DNA of 64,000 nt from Escherichia coli. Its GTDB lineage: Bacteria; Pseudomonadota; Gammaproteobacteria; Enterobacterales; Enterobacteriaceae. A program made the position numbers and the translations under genes. The stretch lies in the NCBI RefSeq assembly GCF_013315695.1, contig NZ_CP054353.1. One strand, written 5' to 3'. The stretch's first letter is position 1. Each line of letters starts with the position of its first letter. The notes below the pieces were generated by a model. That model saw only the letters and a list, made by a program, of their open reading frames with translations, was not told the DNA's origin and searched no databases. Of the stretch, positions 1-13,054 are shown one piece after another.

Positions 1-122
1 TGTTCAGGAAATGTTTGAAGAGACTGATATGTAGCTGTTTTCAGATTAAACGCCTTGAACCGTCACACTGATTAAGTACAATCCGGCGTGGTTGCGGCTT
101 CCAGATTATAAGAATGATTCCC

Positions 123-548
123 TTACTCACTTTTCAGCGCATTCACTTCTTCTCGTAATTCACTGAGTTCGTTCATTAGTACCAGAATCGCTTCATGATG
201 CAACGCTGCCGCAACGCCGTAAGTATCTGGAGAGAGTACTCCTTCCACCATAGTTCCATCAGGAAGTTGACGATCACCTCCCTCAGTTACTGCCTGGGGG
301 AAGATTTTCTTAACATCCTGCGCGATAAACCCAATCCCCCATTGTCCGGTATCTTTTCGCGTCCAGGAACAACCTTTTAGCATTTCCATCTTACTGAGCG
401 GGTCTCCAATTCTGGACACTCCATCTTTCAGGCGGCCATCTGAATTCGGAACCCATGCTCCAGGCGCTACAGCGTTACCAGTTGATTTCATAAAGCTCCA
501 TGTGGTTCCTGAGCTTGCGTTTGCTACCTGAATATTCCCTGATAAAGA
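123..548 (-). pseudogene. 3' fragment of a phage tail-fibre/tailspike gene (C-terminal intramolecular chaperone domain); 5' part replaced by IS
   Basis: ORF 123..599(-) translation carries NSDGRLKDGV...GIGFIAQDVKKIFPQAV...LMNELSELREEVNALK, matching the conserved C-terminal auto-processing chaperone domain of tail fibres. The first ~17 codons of the listed ORF lie inside the IS inverted repeat, so the true 5' end is missing. Confidence 0.55.
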
Positions 549-1475
<927 letters not shown>

Positions 1476-1602
1476 ATCGGTAGAAAAAAGAAACTTTACC
1501 AGCCTGACTGATCCTTGCGTTCAGCCCATGAGAATCTGAAATGGTTTCGATATCATCTCGTTTCTTGCCCAGGGACTTCCTGAGCTTTGTGTCGGTAATC
1601 AT
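1476..1602 (-). pseudogene. 5' fragment (~42 codons) of a P4-like tyrosine integrase gene, truncated by the IS
   Basis: Minus-strand translation from the ATG at 1602: [43 protein letters not shown], matching the N-terminal arm-binding motif of P4/CP4-57-type integrases (LTDxxIR...DGxGL...G.K.W.FRY). The reading frame then enters the IS right end. Confidence 0.45.
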
Positions 1603-2105
1603 TGAATGTGTACACATCTGGCTTGCGAGTACGCAAAAGTGTACACAAAACTCGTTGCTCAAAGATACCCGCAATGTAACACTTGTACTCGAAGTGTGAT
1701 GGCTTAGGGGCTGAAAGGCAGATGGCGTAAGGGTTCAACGTAACAGAACGTTTTTATGCGAAATTCTTCGAAATGGTCTGAATGACATTTTAAGAAAGTG
1801 TTCTGAATAGAAATTCAATATTTAAGGGCACGGTTTTTGCAACCGTGTTCTTGTTTGGCCTTTCCTTATAGGTCGGTCAGTGCATTCACCACCACAAGCA
1901 GATAATAACTTTATCTGTATTTCTTTATATGATGTGAACATATTCAGGAAAATGCCCTTTCCTGACGCAGAGTTGCTCACTCAAAACCTTTGATTACTGC
2001 GGATAAAGTCATCTACTATTGTTTAACACATTCACGCGCTGCATGTATGTTCAGAAAATGTGCACGTTGAGATAATTAAACAAAATTGTGGTTACAGAGG
2101 TATCA

Positions 2106-3359
2106 GTGAGTCACTGGACTACATTCAAACAAACAGCAACAAAGTTATGGGTGACCCTACGGCACGACATTCTCGCGCTGGCCGTCTTTTTAAATGGATT
2201 GCTTATTTTTAAAACAATCTATGGTATGTCGGTCAATTTGCTTGATATTTTCCATATCAAAGCATTTTCAGAGCTGGATCTCTCCTTGCTGGCAAACGCC
2301 CCACTATTTATGCTCGGCGTATTTCTTGTCCTGAACTCCATTGGCTTACTGTTCCGGGCAAAGCTCGCATGGGCAATCAGTATCATTTTGTTGTTGATAG
2401 CGCTAATTTACACTCTGCATTTTTATCCCTGGCTGAAATTTAGTATTGGATTTTGCATTTTTACGCTGGTGTTTTTGCTGATACTGCGCAAAGACTTCTC
2501 CCACAGTAGCGCAGCAGCCGGGACAATTTTCGCATTTATTAGTTTCACGACGTTACTGTTTTACTCCACTTACGGTGCGCTTTATTTAAGCGAAGGTTTT
2601 AATCCGCGAATAGAAAGTTTGATGACCGCGTTCTATTTTTCGATAGAAACCATGTCAACCGTCGGCTATGGCGATATTGTCCCTGTTTCTGAATCAGCAC
2701 GATTGTTCACTATTTCGGTCATTATTTCCGGCATTACCGTTTTTGCCACCTCTATGACCTCAATTTTTGGTCCGCTTATCCGCGGGGGATTCAACAAACT
2801 TGTAAAAGGAAACAATCATACAATGCATCGTAAAGATCATTTTATTGTTTGCGGACATTCGACTCTCGCCATCAATACGATCCTGCAACTGAATCAACGC
2901 GGACAAAACGTTACGGTTATCAGCAACTTGCCTGAAGATGATATCAAGCAACTTGAGCAACGCTTAGGCGATAACGCCGATGTTATCCCCGGTGACAGTA
3001 ATGACAGTTCAGTGTTAAAGAAAGCGGGAATCGATCGTTGCCGGGCCATTCTGGCGCTGAGTGATAACGATGCAGATAACGCGTTTGTTGTACTCTCGGC
3101 AAAAGATATGAGCAGTGATGTCAAAACAGTTCTCGCCGTCAGTGATAGCAAAAACCTGAATAAGATTAAGATGGTACATCCGGATATCATTCTCTCACCA
3201 CAACTGTTTGGCAGCGAAATTCTGGCGCGAGTTTTAAATGGTGAAGAGATTAATAATGATATGCTCGTTTCAATGTTGTTGAACTCCGGTCATGGCATTT
3301 TCAGCGATAACGATGAACAAGAAACGAAAGCTGAAAGTAAAGAATCGGCGCAAAAATAG
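2106..3359 (+). CDS. kch: voltage-gated potassium channel Kch
   Basis: ORF 2088..3359; GTG at 2106 gives 417 aa; TVGYGD K+ selectivity filter, TM segments and a C-terminal RCK/TrkA-like domain. Confidence 0.9.
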   Translation: MSHWTTFKQTATKLWVTLRHDILALAVFLNGLLIFKTIYGMSVNLLDIFHIKAFSELDLSLLANAPLFMLGVFLVLNSIGLLFRAKLAWAISIILLLIALIYTLHFYPWLKFSIGFCIFTLVFLLILRKDFSHSSAAAGTIFAFISFTTLLFYSTYGALYLSEGFNPRIESLMTAFYFSIETMSTVGYGDIVPVSESARLFTISVIISGITVFATSMTSIFGPLIRGGFNKLVKGNNHTMHRKDHFIVCGHSTLAINTILQLNQRGQNVTVISNLPEDDIKQLEQRLGDNADVIPGDSNDSSVLKKAGIDRCRAILALSDNDADNAFVVLSAKDMSSDVKTVLAVSDSKNLNKIKMVHPDIILSPQLFGSEILARVLNGEEINNDMLVSMLLNSGHGIFSDNDEQETKAESKESAQK

Positions 3360-3387
3360 AGTTTAAAGACGGAAAAGTAAACTTATT

Positions 3388-3406
3388 GGGCACCGAAATG
3401 GTGCCC
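3388..3406 (+). terminator. stem-loop downstream of kch (GGGCACC-gaaat-GGTGCCC)
   Basis: Perfect 7-bp GC-rich inverted repeat 29 bp after the kch stop; no clean T-run, so weak as an intrinsic terminator. Confidence 0.3.
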
Positions 3407-3729
3407 AGAACATTTAGATATTGTAGATCGCAAACAATAACGAGTTACGCTGTTTGTTTAGAATGCACTTCCTGATGCTGTGGATACGCATATTTCGGCG
3501 CGACTGCCCCTCAAGCCAACGCGATTTACGTCGGCTAGCCTGACGCTGCATGCGCCAGCGCCCCACTTCCGTTCTACTCCGCTTCATGTTAACTACTCTA
3601 TGCAATAACAGAATGGTCATTATACCCCCGCCCCCGACGCTGACCAGTGCTTTTCCCGCGTTTTTATTTGCCAGATGAATCCATATGCGTAAACTCATAA
3701 CAATGCGCTTTCAAAAGGATTTCTAATCT

Positions 3730-5554
<1,825 letters not shown>

Positions 5555-5577
5555 ATAATCGCTTTTGGAGTGAAAAA

Positions 5578-5597
5578 GGGCTGACAACTGTCAGCCC
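5578..5597. terminator. bidirectional intrinsic terminator between yciU and oppF
   Basis: Hairpin GGGCTGACA-ac-TGTCAGCCC flanked by an A-run upstream and T-rich sequence downstream, between convergent genes. Confidence 0.5.
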
Positions 5598-5606
5598 TTA
5601 TTGTGT

Positions 5607-6611
5607 TTAAAGCGGATCGACTTTCAGGCAAGAAACGGCGTGTCTGAAACTCCCCTCCAGCACAGGACGTGTTTTGGCACACTCCGGACCGGCAATCGGA
5701 CAACGGGTACGGAAAACACAACCGGAAGGCGGGTTGATCGGCGACGGTAATTCCCCTTCCAGTAACTGGATGGTTTTGTTCTTCTCCAGATCCGGATCAG
5801 GTATGGGGACTGCCGACATCAATGCCCTGGTGTAAGGATGTAGTGGATTGTGGTAGACCTCATCATAGGTCCCCAGTTCTACCGCATGGCCGAGATACAT
5901 CACTAACACACGATCGGAAATGTGTTTTACCACGGCCAGGTCGTGAGCGATAAAAATTAATGACAATCCCATCTCACGTTGTAACTGCTGGAGCAGGTTG
6001 ACCACCTGCGCCTGAATTGACACATCCAGCGCCGACACCGGCTCATCACAGATAATCAGCTTCGGTTCAAGAATAAGTGCACGTGCAATCCCGATACGCT
6101 GGCACTGCCCACCAGAGAACTCATGCGGATAGCGGTTAATCAGGTTAGGCAATAACCCGACTTTCAGCATCATCGCCTTCACGCGCTCGCGAACTTCCTG
6201 GCGTGACATTTTCGGATGATAAGTACGCAGTGGTTCAGCGATGATCTCGCCGATGGTCATACGCGGGTTCAGCGATGCCAACGGATCCTGGAAAATCATC
6301 TGAATATCACTGCGAACGGCACGCCATTCATCGGGCTTCATGCCCAGCAACTCTTTACCTAACCAGGCAACATGACCGTCGGTCGCCTTGACCAAACCGA
6401 TGATGGCGCGAGCAAAGGTGGACTTACCGCATCCCGATTCCCCTACCACACCTAATGTTTCCCCTTCATACAGGCGAAGAGTTACACCATCGACGGCTTT
6501 GAGCGTTTTCGGCGGTTGCCAGAACCACTGTTTGCCATCTTTGATTTCAAAGTGCACTTTCAGATCGGCGATTTCGAGGAGGACTTTTCTTCCTTCGGTT
6601 ACAGCATTCAT
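5607..6611 (-). CDS. oppF: oligopeptide ABC transporter ATP-binding protein OppF
   Basis: 334 aa; Walker A GESGCGKST, ABC signature LSGGQ; overlaps oppD by 4 nt. Confidence 0.93.
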   Translation of the reverse strand: MNAVTEGRKVLLEIADLKVHFEIKDGKQWFWQPPKTLKAVDGVTLRLYEGETLGVVGESGCGKSTFARAIIGLVKATDGHVAWLGKELLGMKPDEWRAVRSDIQMIFQDPLASLNPRMTIGEIIAEPLRTYHPKMSRQEVRERVKAMMLKVGLLPNLINRYPHEFSGGQCQRIGIARALILEPKLIICDEPVSALDVSIQAQVVNLLQQLQREMGLSLIFIAHDLAVVKHISDRVLVMYLGHAVELGTYDEVYHNPLHPYTRALMSAVPIPDPDLEKNKTIQLLEGELPSPINPPSGCVFRTRCPIAGPECAKTRPVLEGSFRHAVSCLKVDPL

Positions 6612-7621
6612 AACAGTTCCTCCACCGGTTTAAAGCAAGCACGCAGACGGCCAGGCGTAAACTCTTCCAGCGGCGGTGCGCTACTACAAATTTCCATCGC
6701 ATGCGGACAACGTGGCTGGAACGGGCAACCTTTCGGTAATCGCAGCAGGTTTGGCGGATTACCCGGAATAGTCAACATTGTTTCACCTTCCGCATCGAGA
6801 CGCGGCACCGCGTTGAGCAAACCGATAGAATAAGGATGAACGGGTTGATAAAAGACATCGCGCGCGTTGCCATATTCCATCGTGCGCCCGGCGTACATTA
6901 CCAGCACTTTGTCGCAGATCCCCGCCACCACGCCAAGATCGTGGGTGATCATAATGATGGCGGTATTAAATTCCCGCTTCAGTTCATTCAATAGCGTCAT
7001 GATCTGCGCCTGTACGGTGACGTCCAGCGCAGTAGTGGGTTCATCCGCAATCAGCAGCTTAGGTCGACATAGCAACGCCATCGCAATCATGACTCGCTGA
7101 CGCATGCCGCCAGAAAATTCGTGCGGGTACATTTTCATGCGTTTACGCGCTTCCGGCATTTTTACCGCATCGAGCATCCGCACCGACTCTTCAAACGCCT
7201 CAGCTTTGCTCATGTTCTTATGCAGCATCAGCACTTCCATCAACTGCTCACCGACGCGCATATAGGGATTCAACGAAGTCATTGGGTCCTGAAAAATCAT
7301 TGAGATTTGTTCAGCTCGCAGTTTATTGAGTTCACGCTCTGGCAAATTGAGGATTTCACGCCCATTGAAGGTTGCCGATCCGCCAATACGTCCGTTGGCA
7401 GCCAACAGGCCCATCAACGCAAATGCGGTTTGCGATTTGCCCGAACCAGACTCACCTACGATGCCCAGCGTTTCTCCGGCACGTAGGGAAAAATTCAGAT
7501 CATTGACCGCCGTGACGTCGCCGTCCGGGGTATTAAAGGTGACACGCAAATCTTTCACGTTCAGCAGTGCGTCAGCCTGTTGTTGTGCGAGCGGCACAGT
7601 TGCAGTTTCAATTACGCTCAT
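6608..7621 (-). CDS. oppD: oligopeptide ABC transporter ATP-binding protein OppD
   Basis: 337 aa; Walker A GESGSGKSQ, FSGGMRQR signature. Confidence 0.93.
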   Translation of the reverse strand: MSVIETATVPLAQQQADALLNVKDLRVTFNTPDGDVTAVNDLNFSLRAGETLGIVGESGSGKSQTAFALMGLLAANGRIGGSATFNGREILNLPERELNKLRAEQISMIFQDPMTSLNPYMRVGEQLMEVLMLHKNMSKAEAFEESVRMLDAVKMPEARKRMKMYPHEFSGGMRQRVMIAMALLCRPKLLIADEPTTALDVTVQAQIMTLLNELKREFNTAIIMITHDLGVVAGICDKVLVMYAGRTMEYGNARDVFYQPVHPYSIGLLNAVPRLDAEGETMLTIPGNPPNLLRLPKGCPFQPRCPHAMEICSSAPPLEEFTPGRLRACFKPVEELL

Positions 7622-7632
7622 GGCTGCACTCC

Positions 7633-8541
7633 TTAACGATCTTTCGGGTCGAGGGCATCACGCAAGCCATCGCCGATAAAGTTGAAACAAAATAGCGTCA
7701 CCACGAGGAATCCCGCTGGGAACAACAGTAACCATGGAGAGACTTCCATCGAGTTCGCGCCATCACTCAGCAATGCGCCCCAGCTGCTTAACGGCTCTTG
7801 CGTCCCCAACCCCAGGAAGCTAAGGAAAGATTCAAAGAGGATCATGCTGGGCACCAATAGCGATGCGTAGACCACCACCACACCGAGTACGTTCGGCACA
7901 ATGTGGCGAATAACAATGCCCGGCGTCGATACACCGCCAACTTGTGCCGCCTCAATAAACTCTTTGCGCTTCAGACTCAGGGTTTGCCCACGCACAATAC
8001 GAGCCATATCCAGCCAGGAAACCATGCCAATCGCCACGAAAATCAGCAGGATGTTTTGACCGAAAAAGGTCACCAGCAAAATGACGAAGAACATGAATGG
8101 GAAGGAGTTGAGGATTTCCAGCAGACGCATCATTACCGAATCCACTTTACCGCCCAGATAACCGGAAAGCGAACCATAAAGTGTCCCCACGACCACTGCC
8201 ACCAGTGCCGCAGCAACACCGACCATGAGTGAGATACGCCCGCCAATCGCAACGCGCACAAGCAGGTCGCGACCAGATGAGTCAGTACCAAAGTAGTGAC
8301 CGGACTCCATATCCGGGGCGCTGGACATCATCGCCCAGTCAGTATCGTCATAGGCAAACTGCGAAAGCATCGGTGCCAGGATGACAAATAACGCGATCAG
8401 CACCAGCACTATCAGACTGGCAACCGCCGCACGGTTATGCATAAAACGTCGACGTGCGTCCTGCCACAAGCTGCGCCCTTCGACCTCCAGCTTTTCACTG
8501 AAATTTTCCAGCGTCTCGCTGTTTTTCTTACTTAACATCAT
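7633..8541 (-). CDS. oppC: oligopeptide ABC transporter permease OppC
   Basis: 302 aa polytopic membrane protein; operon position. Confidence 0.92.
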   Translation of the reverse strand: MMLSKKNSETLENFSEKLEVEGRSLWQDARRRFMHNRAAVASLIVLVLIALFVILAPMLSQFAYDDTDWAMMSSAPDMESGHYFGTDSSGRDLLVRVAIGGRISLMVGVAAALVAVVVGTLYGSLSGYLGGKVDSVMMRLLEILNSFPFMFFVILLVTFFGQNILLIFVAIGMVSWLDMARIVRGQTLSLKRKEFIEAAQVGGVSTPGIVIRHIVPNVLGVVVVYASLLVPSMILFESFLSFLGLGTQEPLSSWGALLSDGANSMEVSPWLLLFPAGFLVVTLFCFNFIGDGLRDALDPKDR

Positions 8542-8555
8542 CGCGAGCTCCAGTA

Positions 8556-9476
8556 TCAGTAACGGATTTTCGGGTCGATAACCGCATATAGCACATCGAC
8601 AATGGCATTAAACAAAATGGTTAAAGCACCAACCAGGATGGTCAGGCTTAACACTAAGGAATAGTCACGGTTCAATGCACCATTAACGAACAATTGCCCA
8701 ATCCCCGGCAAACCATAAATGGTTTCGATGACCATAGAACCGGTAATAATGCCGACAAATGCAGGGCCCATATAGGAGAGCACGGGTAACAGAGCAGGTT
8801 TTAATGCGTGGCGTAAAATGATCCGCCGCATAGGTAACCCTTTCGCCCGGGCAGTACGAATAAAGTTGGAGTGTAATACTTCAATCATAGAGCCACGGGT
8901 AATACGCGCAATACTGGCGATATAGGCGAGTGACAACGCCACCATTGGCAGTATCATGAATTTAAGCGCACCACCATTCCAGCCACCGCCCGGCAGCCAA
9001 TGCAAAATGATCGCAAATATCATGACTAATAATGGCGCAACCACAAAACTGGGGATAACAACCCCGGTCATTGCCAGCCCCATCACGGTATAGTCCCATT
9101 TGGTGTTTTGTTTTAATGCGGCAATAACGCCAGCACTAACACCCAGTATTACCGCAAGGAAAAATGCTGCGGCTCCCAGTTTGGCAGAAACGGGAAAACT
9201 GGATGCAACCAGGTCATTGACCGAATAATCTTTATATTTAAACGATGGACCGAAATCGCCATGCGCCAGTTGTTTCAGGTAGCTGAAATACTGTGTCATG
9301 ATCGGATCATTAAGATGATATTTCGCTTCGATATTGGCCATCACTTCCGGTGGTAAAGTACGTTCGCCGGTAAAAGGACTGCCCGGCGCGAGGCGCATCA
9401 TAAAGAACGAAATAGTAATAAGAATAAATAGCGTCGGAATCGCTTCCAGACAGCGACGTAGAATAAATTTTAACAT
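8556..9476 (-). CDS. oppB: oligopeptide ABC transporter permease OppB
   Basis: 306 aa polytopic membrane protein; operon position. Confidence 0.92.
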   Translation of the reverse strand: MLKFILRRCLEAIPTLFILITISFFMMRLAPGSPFTGERTLPPEVMANIEAKYHLNDPIMTQYFSYLKQLAHGDFGPSFKYKDYSVNDLVASSFPVSAKLGAAAFFLAVILGVSAGVIAALKQNTKWDYTVMGLAMTGVVIPSFVVAPLLVMIFAIILHWLPGGGWNGGALKFMILPMVALSLAYIASIARITRGSMIEVLHSNFIRTARAKGLPMRRIILRHALKPALLPVLSYMGPAFVGIITGSMVIETIYGLPGIGQLFVNGALNRDYSLVLSLTILVGALTILFNAIVDVLYAVIDPKIRY

Positions 9477-9561
9477 TGCCCTACCTTCTGGCCTGTGCCT
9501 TCTGTAATGCGATAAAAATCAGACACCGTGGAGCAGGACACTCCTGCCCCACGTATTGCCA

Positions 9562-11193
9562 TTAGTGCTTCACAATGTACATATTCCGGGTGTAGGTATT
9601 ATCCAGCGGATCTTTGCCGGTATAGCCACCAACCCACGGTTTCACCAGACGCGCATTCACGTAGTAATAAACAGGAACAATGGCCGAATCCTTATCCAGC
9701 TGTTGTTCTGCTTTAGTGTACAGAGCTGTGCGCTGCGCCTCGTCAGTCGCTTTCAGCGTTTCCGCCATAATGCTGTCAAAGGCCGGGCTCTTATAATGCG
9801 CGGTATTCATCGAGCTGTTCGACAGCATGGTGTTCAGGAAGGAAGTTGGTTCGTTGTAGTCTGCACACCAGCCTGCACGGGCCACATCAAAAGTGCCCTG
9901 GTGACGGGTGTCGAGGAACGTTTTCCACTCCTGGTTAACCAGTTTGACGTTTACACCAATGTTTTTCTTCCACAATGAAGAGGCAGCAATCGCCAGCTTT
10001 TTATGCAGATCGGAGGTGTTATACAACAGGTTGATGGTTAACGGTTTGTCTGCGGTATAACCCGCTTCAGCCAGCAGTTTTTTCGCTTCTTCGTTACGTT
10101 TTTCCTGGCTCCAGCCAAACCATTCCGGCTGAGTCAATTTTGCGCCATCAGTATATGGTGGAGTGTAACCATAGGCGGGCATGTCGCCCTGCGCTTTCAC
10201 TTTATTAACAATGATATCGCGGTCCATACCCAATTTCAGTGCGGTACGCACACGCACGTCATTAAATGGCGGTTTCTGGTTGTTAATTTCGTAATAGTAA
10301 GTGCACAGGTATGGATCAACGTGAACTTCGTCCGGGATCTCTTTTTTCAGCTTCTGGAACAATTCGATCGGCATGTTGTTATAAGTCATGTCGATTTCAC
10401 CACTACGGTAGCGGTTGACATCGGTAACTTCAGAAGCAATAGGCAAATAGGTTACCTGGTTAATAACGGTTTTCGCGTTGTTCCAGTAGGTCGGGCTGCG
10501 TTCAAGAACGATTCGTTCGTTTACGACCCAATCTTTTAAGGTATAGGCACCGTTGGTGACGATATTACCAGGCTGGGTCCATTTTTCGCCGAATTTCTCG
10601 ATAGCGGCTTTTGGCACCGGTGAAGTTGATGGGTGAACAAGTAATTTATAGAAGTACGGAACAGGTTCACTTAAGGTGACTTCTAATGTGTGATCATCAA
10701 TAGCTTTCACGCCGAGATCGGTAATCGGTTTTTTCCCTTCAAGAATTTCATCAATACCGGCGATATGCCCATATTGCAGATAACTGGCATACGGAGAAGC
10801 AGTGTTTGGATCAACAGAACGTTGCCAGCTATACACAAAGTCTTGTGCTGTGACTGGCGTGCCATCAGACCATTTCGCATCTTTACGCAAATGGAAGGTC
10901 CAGACTTTCGCGTCTTTATTATCCCAGGATTCAGCGACGCCAGGTGCCGGATGGCCGTCAAGATCGCTAACCAGTAAGCCTTCAAACAGGTCTCGGCTGA
11001 TATTAGACTCCGGAACACCTTCAATTTTGTGCGGATCTAATGACTGAACTTCTGAACCATTGTTACGTACCAGCGTTTGTTTTTCCGCCAGTGTGACACC
11101 TGCGGGTACATCAGCTGCCAGCGCGACATTCCCTGCCATAAGCGCAGCCAAAACGCCAGCTGCTACTAAACTTCTCTTGGTGATGTTGGTCAT
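9562..11193 (-). CDS. oppA: periplasmic oligopeptide-binding protein OppA
   Basis: ORF 9562..11265; start at MTNITKRSLVAAGVLAALMAGNVALA (signal peptide) gives 543 aa. Confidence 0.92.
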   Translation of the reverse strand: MTNITKRSLVAAGVLAALMAGNVALAADVPAGVTLAEKQTLVRNNGSEVQSLDPHKIEGVPESNISRDLFEGLLVSDLDGHPAPGVAESWDNKDAKVWTFHLRKDAKWSDGTPVTAQDFVYSWQRSVDPNTASPYASYLQYGHIAGIDEILEGKKPITDLGVKAIDDHTLEVTLSEPVPYFYKLLVHPSTSPVPKAAIEKFGEKWTQPGNIVTNGAYTLKDWVVNERIVLERSPTYWNNAKTVINQVTYLPIASEVTDVNRYRSGEIDMTYNNMPIELFQKLKKEIPDEVHVDPYLCTYYYEINNQKPPFNDVRVRTALKLGMDRDIIVNKVKAQGDMPAYGYTPPYTDGAKLTQPEWFGWSQEKRNEEAKKLLAEAGYTADKPLTINLLYNTSDLHKKLAIAASSLWKKNIGVNVKLVNQEWKTFLDTRHQGTFDVARAGWCADYNEPTSFLNTMLSNSSMNTAHYKSPAFDSIMAETLKATDEAQRTALYTKAEQQLDKDSAIVPVYYYVNARLVKPWVGGYTGKDPLDNTYTRNMYIVKH

Positions 11194-11930
11194 TGTTTTT
11201 TGGACTCCCTCATTATAATTACTGGTATTAACCAGCATGTGTAATCCCGGATTGGGACCCTGCACAGGCTCGGAGACTTTCTGCTGTCAGGTTACTTTAT
11301 CGTTACGTATTACTATCACCGACTTTATTAATTCTGGTGATTCAGACGATCACCTTATGTCGATTCGTACTGTGTCTCCCCTGTCGAGACACATTATTCT
11401 TTCGCGACGATCTTTAATTGTTAATTATTCTCATTACCAATAAAGAATCGCCTTGCGGTTGCCCGGAAAGTACCAAATGCGGTTCTTACTCGCCAATACA
11501 TTTTGCAAAATTGTTAAGCAATTCTCTTTTATTGACCGTATCAGAATCTATAGCTTGCATCCATGCCTTAACAAACATCTTTCAATTCAATCAAATAGAG
11601 GTTGGTTAAGCATGTCTCTCTTTTCTGATTACAGTTCCAGTAGTGAAATGCACAATAATTTAACAATTGATTATTATTTAGCACTTTCCTCTGCCAAAGG
11701 CAGTGGAATTACTAATATCATTTCAATTATTCTTCAGCAAGCCCAGGATTATGATGTGGCGAAAATAACATGATGGTGAGGAGAAGCAGTTGAGGAAATC
11801 CTTATAACTAACTGTAATTTGAGAAGAATATTTTTACCTACTCCTTTTGCTTTTGATAACTGCGCAGGAACAAAGTAAAAATAATGACGAAGTAAACGGA
11901 GCATGGCAGCTCCGTTTCAATTGAAAGGAA

Positions 11931-12578
11931 TTAATTAAGCAGGCCGGGGAAAATCCCCTTAATACCAGTAACGATAAATTCAATCCCCAATGCCATCAGC
12001 AATAGCCCCATAATACGCGTAATCACGTTGATGCCGGTCTGGCGTAAAACCCGTACCAGCCACGGTGCCATGCGAAACAATCCCCAGCAACATAAAGCGA
12101 ACAATGCAATAGCCACAAAGAAACCAAACAGATAGCTAATGCTGTGATAACGCGTACCCCAGACGATGGTAGAACTGATCGCCCCTGGCCCCGCCATCAA
12201 CGGCAACGCCAATGGCACCACACCAATGCTTTCACGTACCGCGGTTTCTGATTTTTCTTGCTTGTTCTGTTTATCCTCACCAAGCTTGCCGCTGATCATC
12301 GACATCGCTATTGTCACCACCAGGATGCCCCCGGCGATACGGAATGAATCAATTGATATACCAAAAAGTTGTAGAATCGTGTCGCCGAGAAAAAGCGAGA
12401 TCCACAAGATAATGGCCACAGACAGGTTGGCTGTAAGGTTCGTTTTGTTTCGCGCTGCCGCTGTCTGATAACTGGTCATGCTGATAAAGACGGGAATAAT
12501 CCCTACCGGGTTGACCAGCGCAAATAACCCGATGAAAAATTTGAAGTAAACGGGAAAATCAAAAAGGGTCTGAATCAC
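11931..12578 (-). CDS. ychE: MarC-family inner membrane protein YchE
   Basis: 215 aa hydrophobic ORF; conserved position between oppA and adhE. Confidence 0.85.
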   Translation of the reverse strand: MIQTLFDFPVYFKFFIGLFALVNPVGIIPVFISMTSYQTAAARNKTNLTANLSVAIILWISLFLGDTILQLFGISIDSFRIAGGILVVTIAMSMISGKLGEDKQNKQEKSETAVRESIGVVPLALPLMAGPGAISSTIVWGTRYHSISYLFGFFVAIALFALCCWGLFRMAPWLVRVLRQTGINVITRIMGLLLMALGIEFIVTGIKGIFPGLLN

Positions 12579-13054
12579 GGTTAGCTCCGAAGCAAAAGCC
12601 GGATAATGTTAGCCATAAATAAGGTTGAAAAGACGCGCTGACAATACGCCTTTTGACAGCATTTTTCACCTCCTAACTACTTAAAATTGCTATCATTCGT
12701 TATTGTTATCTAGTTGTGCAAAACATGCTAATGTAGCCAACAAATCATACTACAATTTATTAACTGTTAGCTATAATGGCGAAAAGCCATGCTGAAAGGT
12801 GTCAGCTTTGCAAAATTTTGATTTGGATCACGTAATCAGTACCCAGAAGTGAGTAATCTTGCTTACGCCACCTGGAAGTGACGCATTAGAGATAATAACT
12901 CTAATGTTTAAACTCTTTTAGTAAATCACAGTGAGTGTGAGCGCGAGTAAGCTTTTGATTTCCATCGGTTAAGCAAATCATCACCGCACTGACTATACTC
13001 TCGTATTCGAGCAGATGATTTACTAAAAAAGTTTAACATTATCAGGAGAGCATT

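Noticed and set aside
3414-3698. 94-aa minus-strand ORF in the kch-cls intergenic region
   Set aside because: Highly basic low-complexity translation, no ribosome-binding site; the region is more plausibly the cls promoter and kch terminator.
11237-11773. Several 60-106-aa plus-strand ORFs in the AT-rich oppA upstream region
   Set aside because: Overlapping frames in a long AT-rich leader/promoter region with no start signals; likely chance ORFs.
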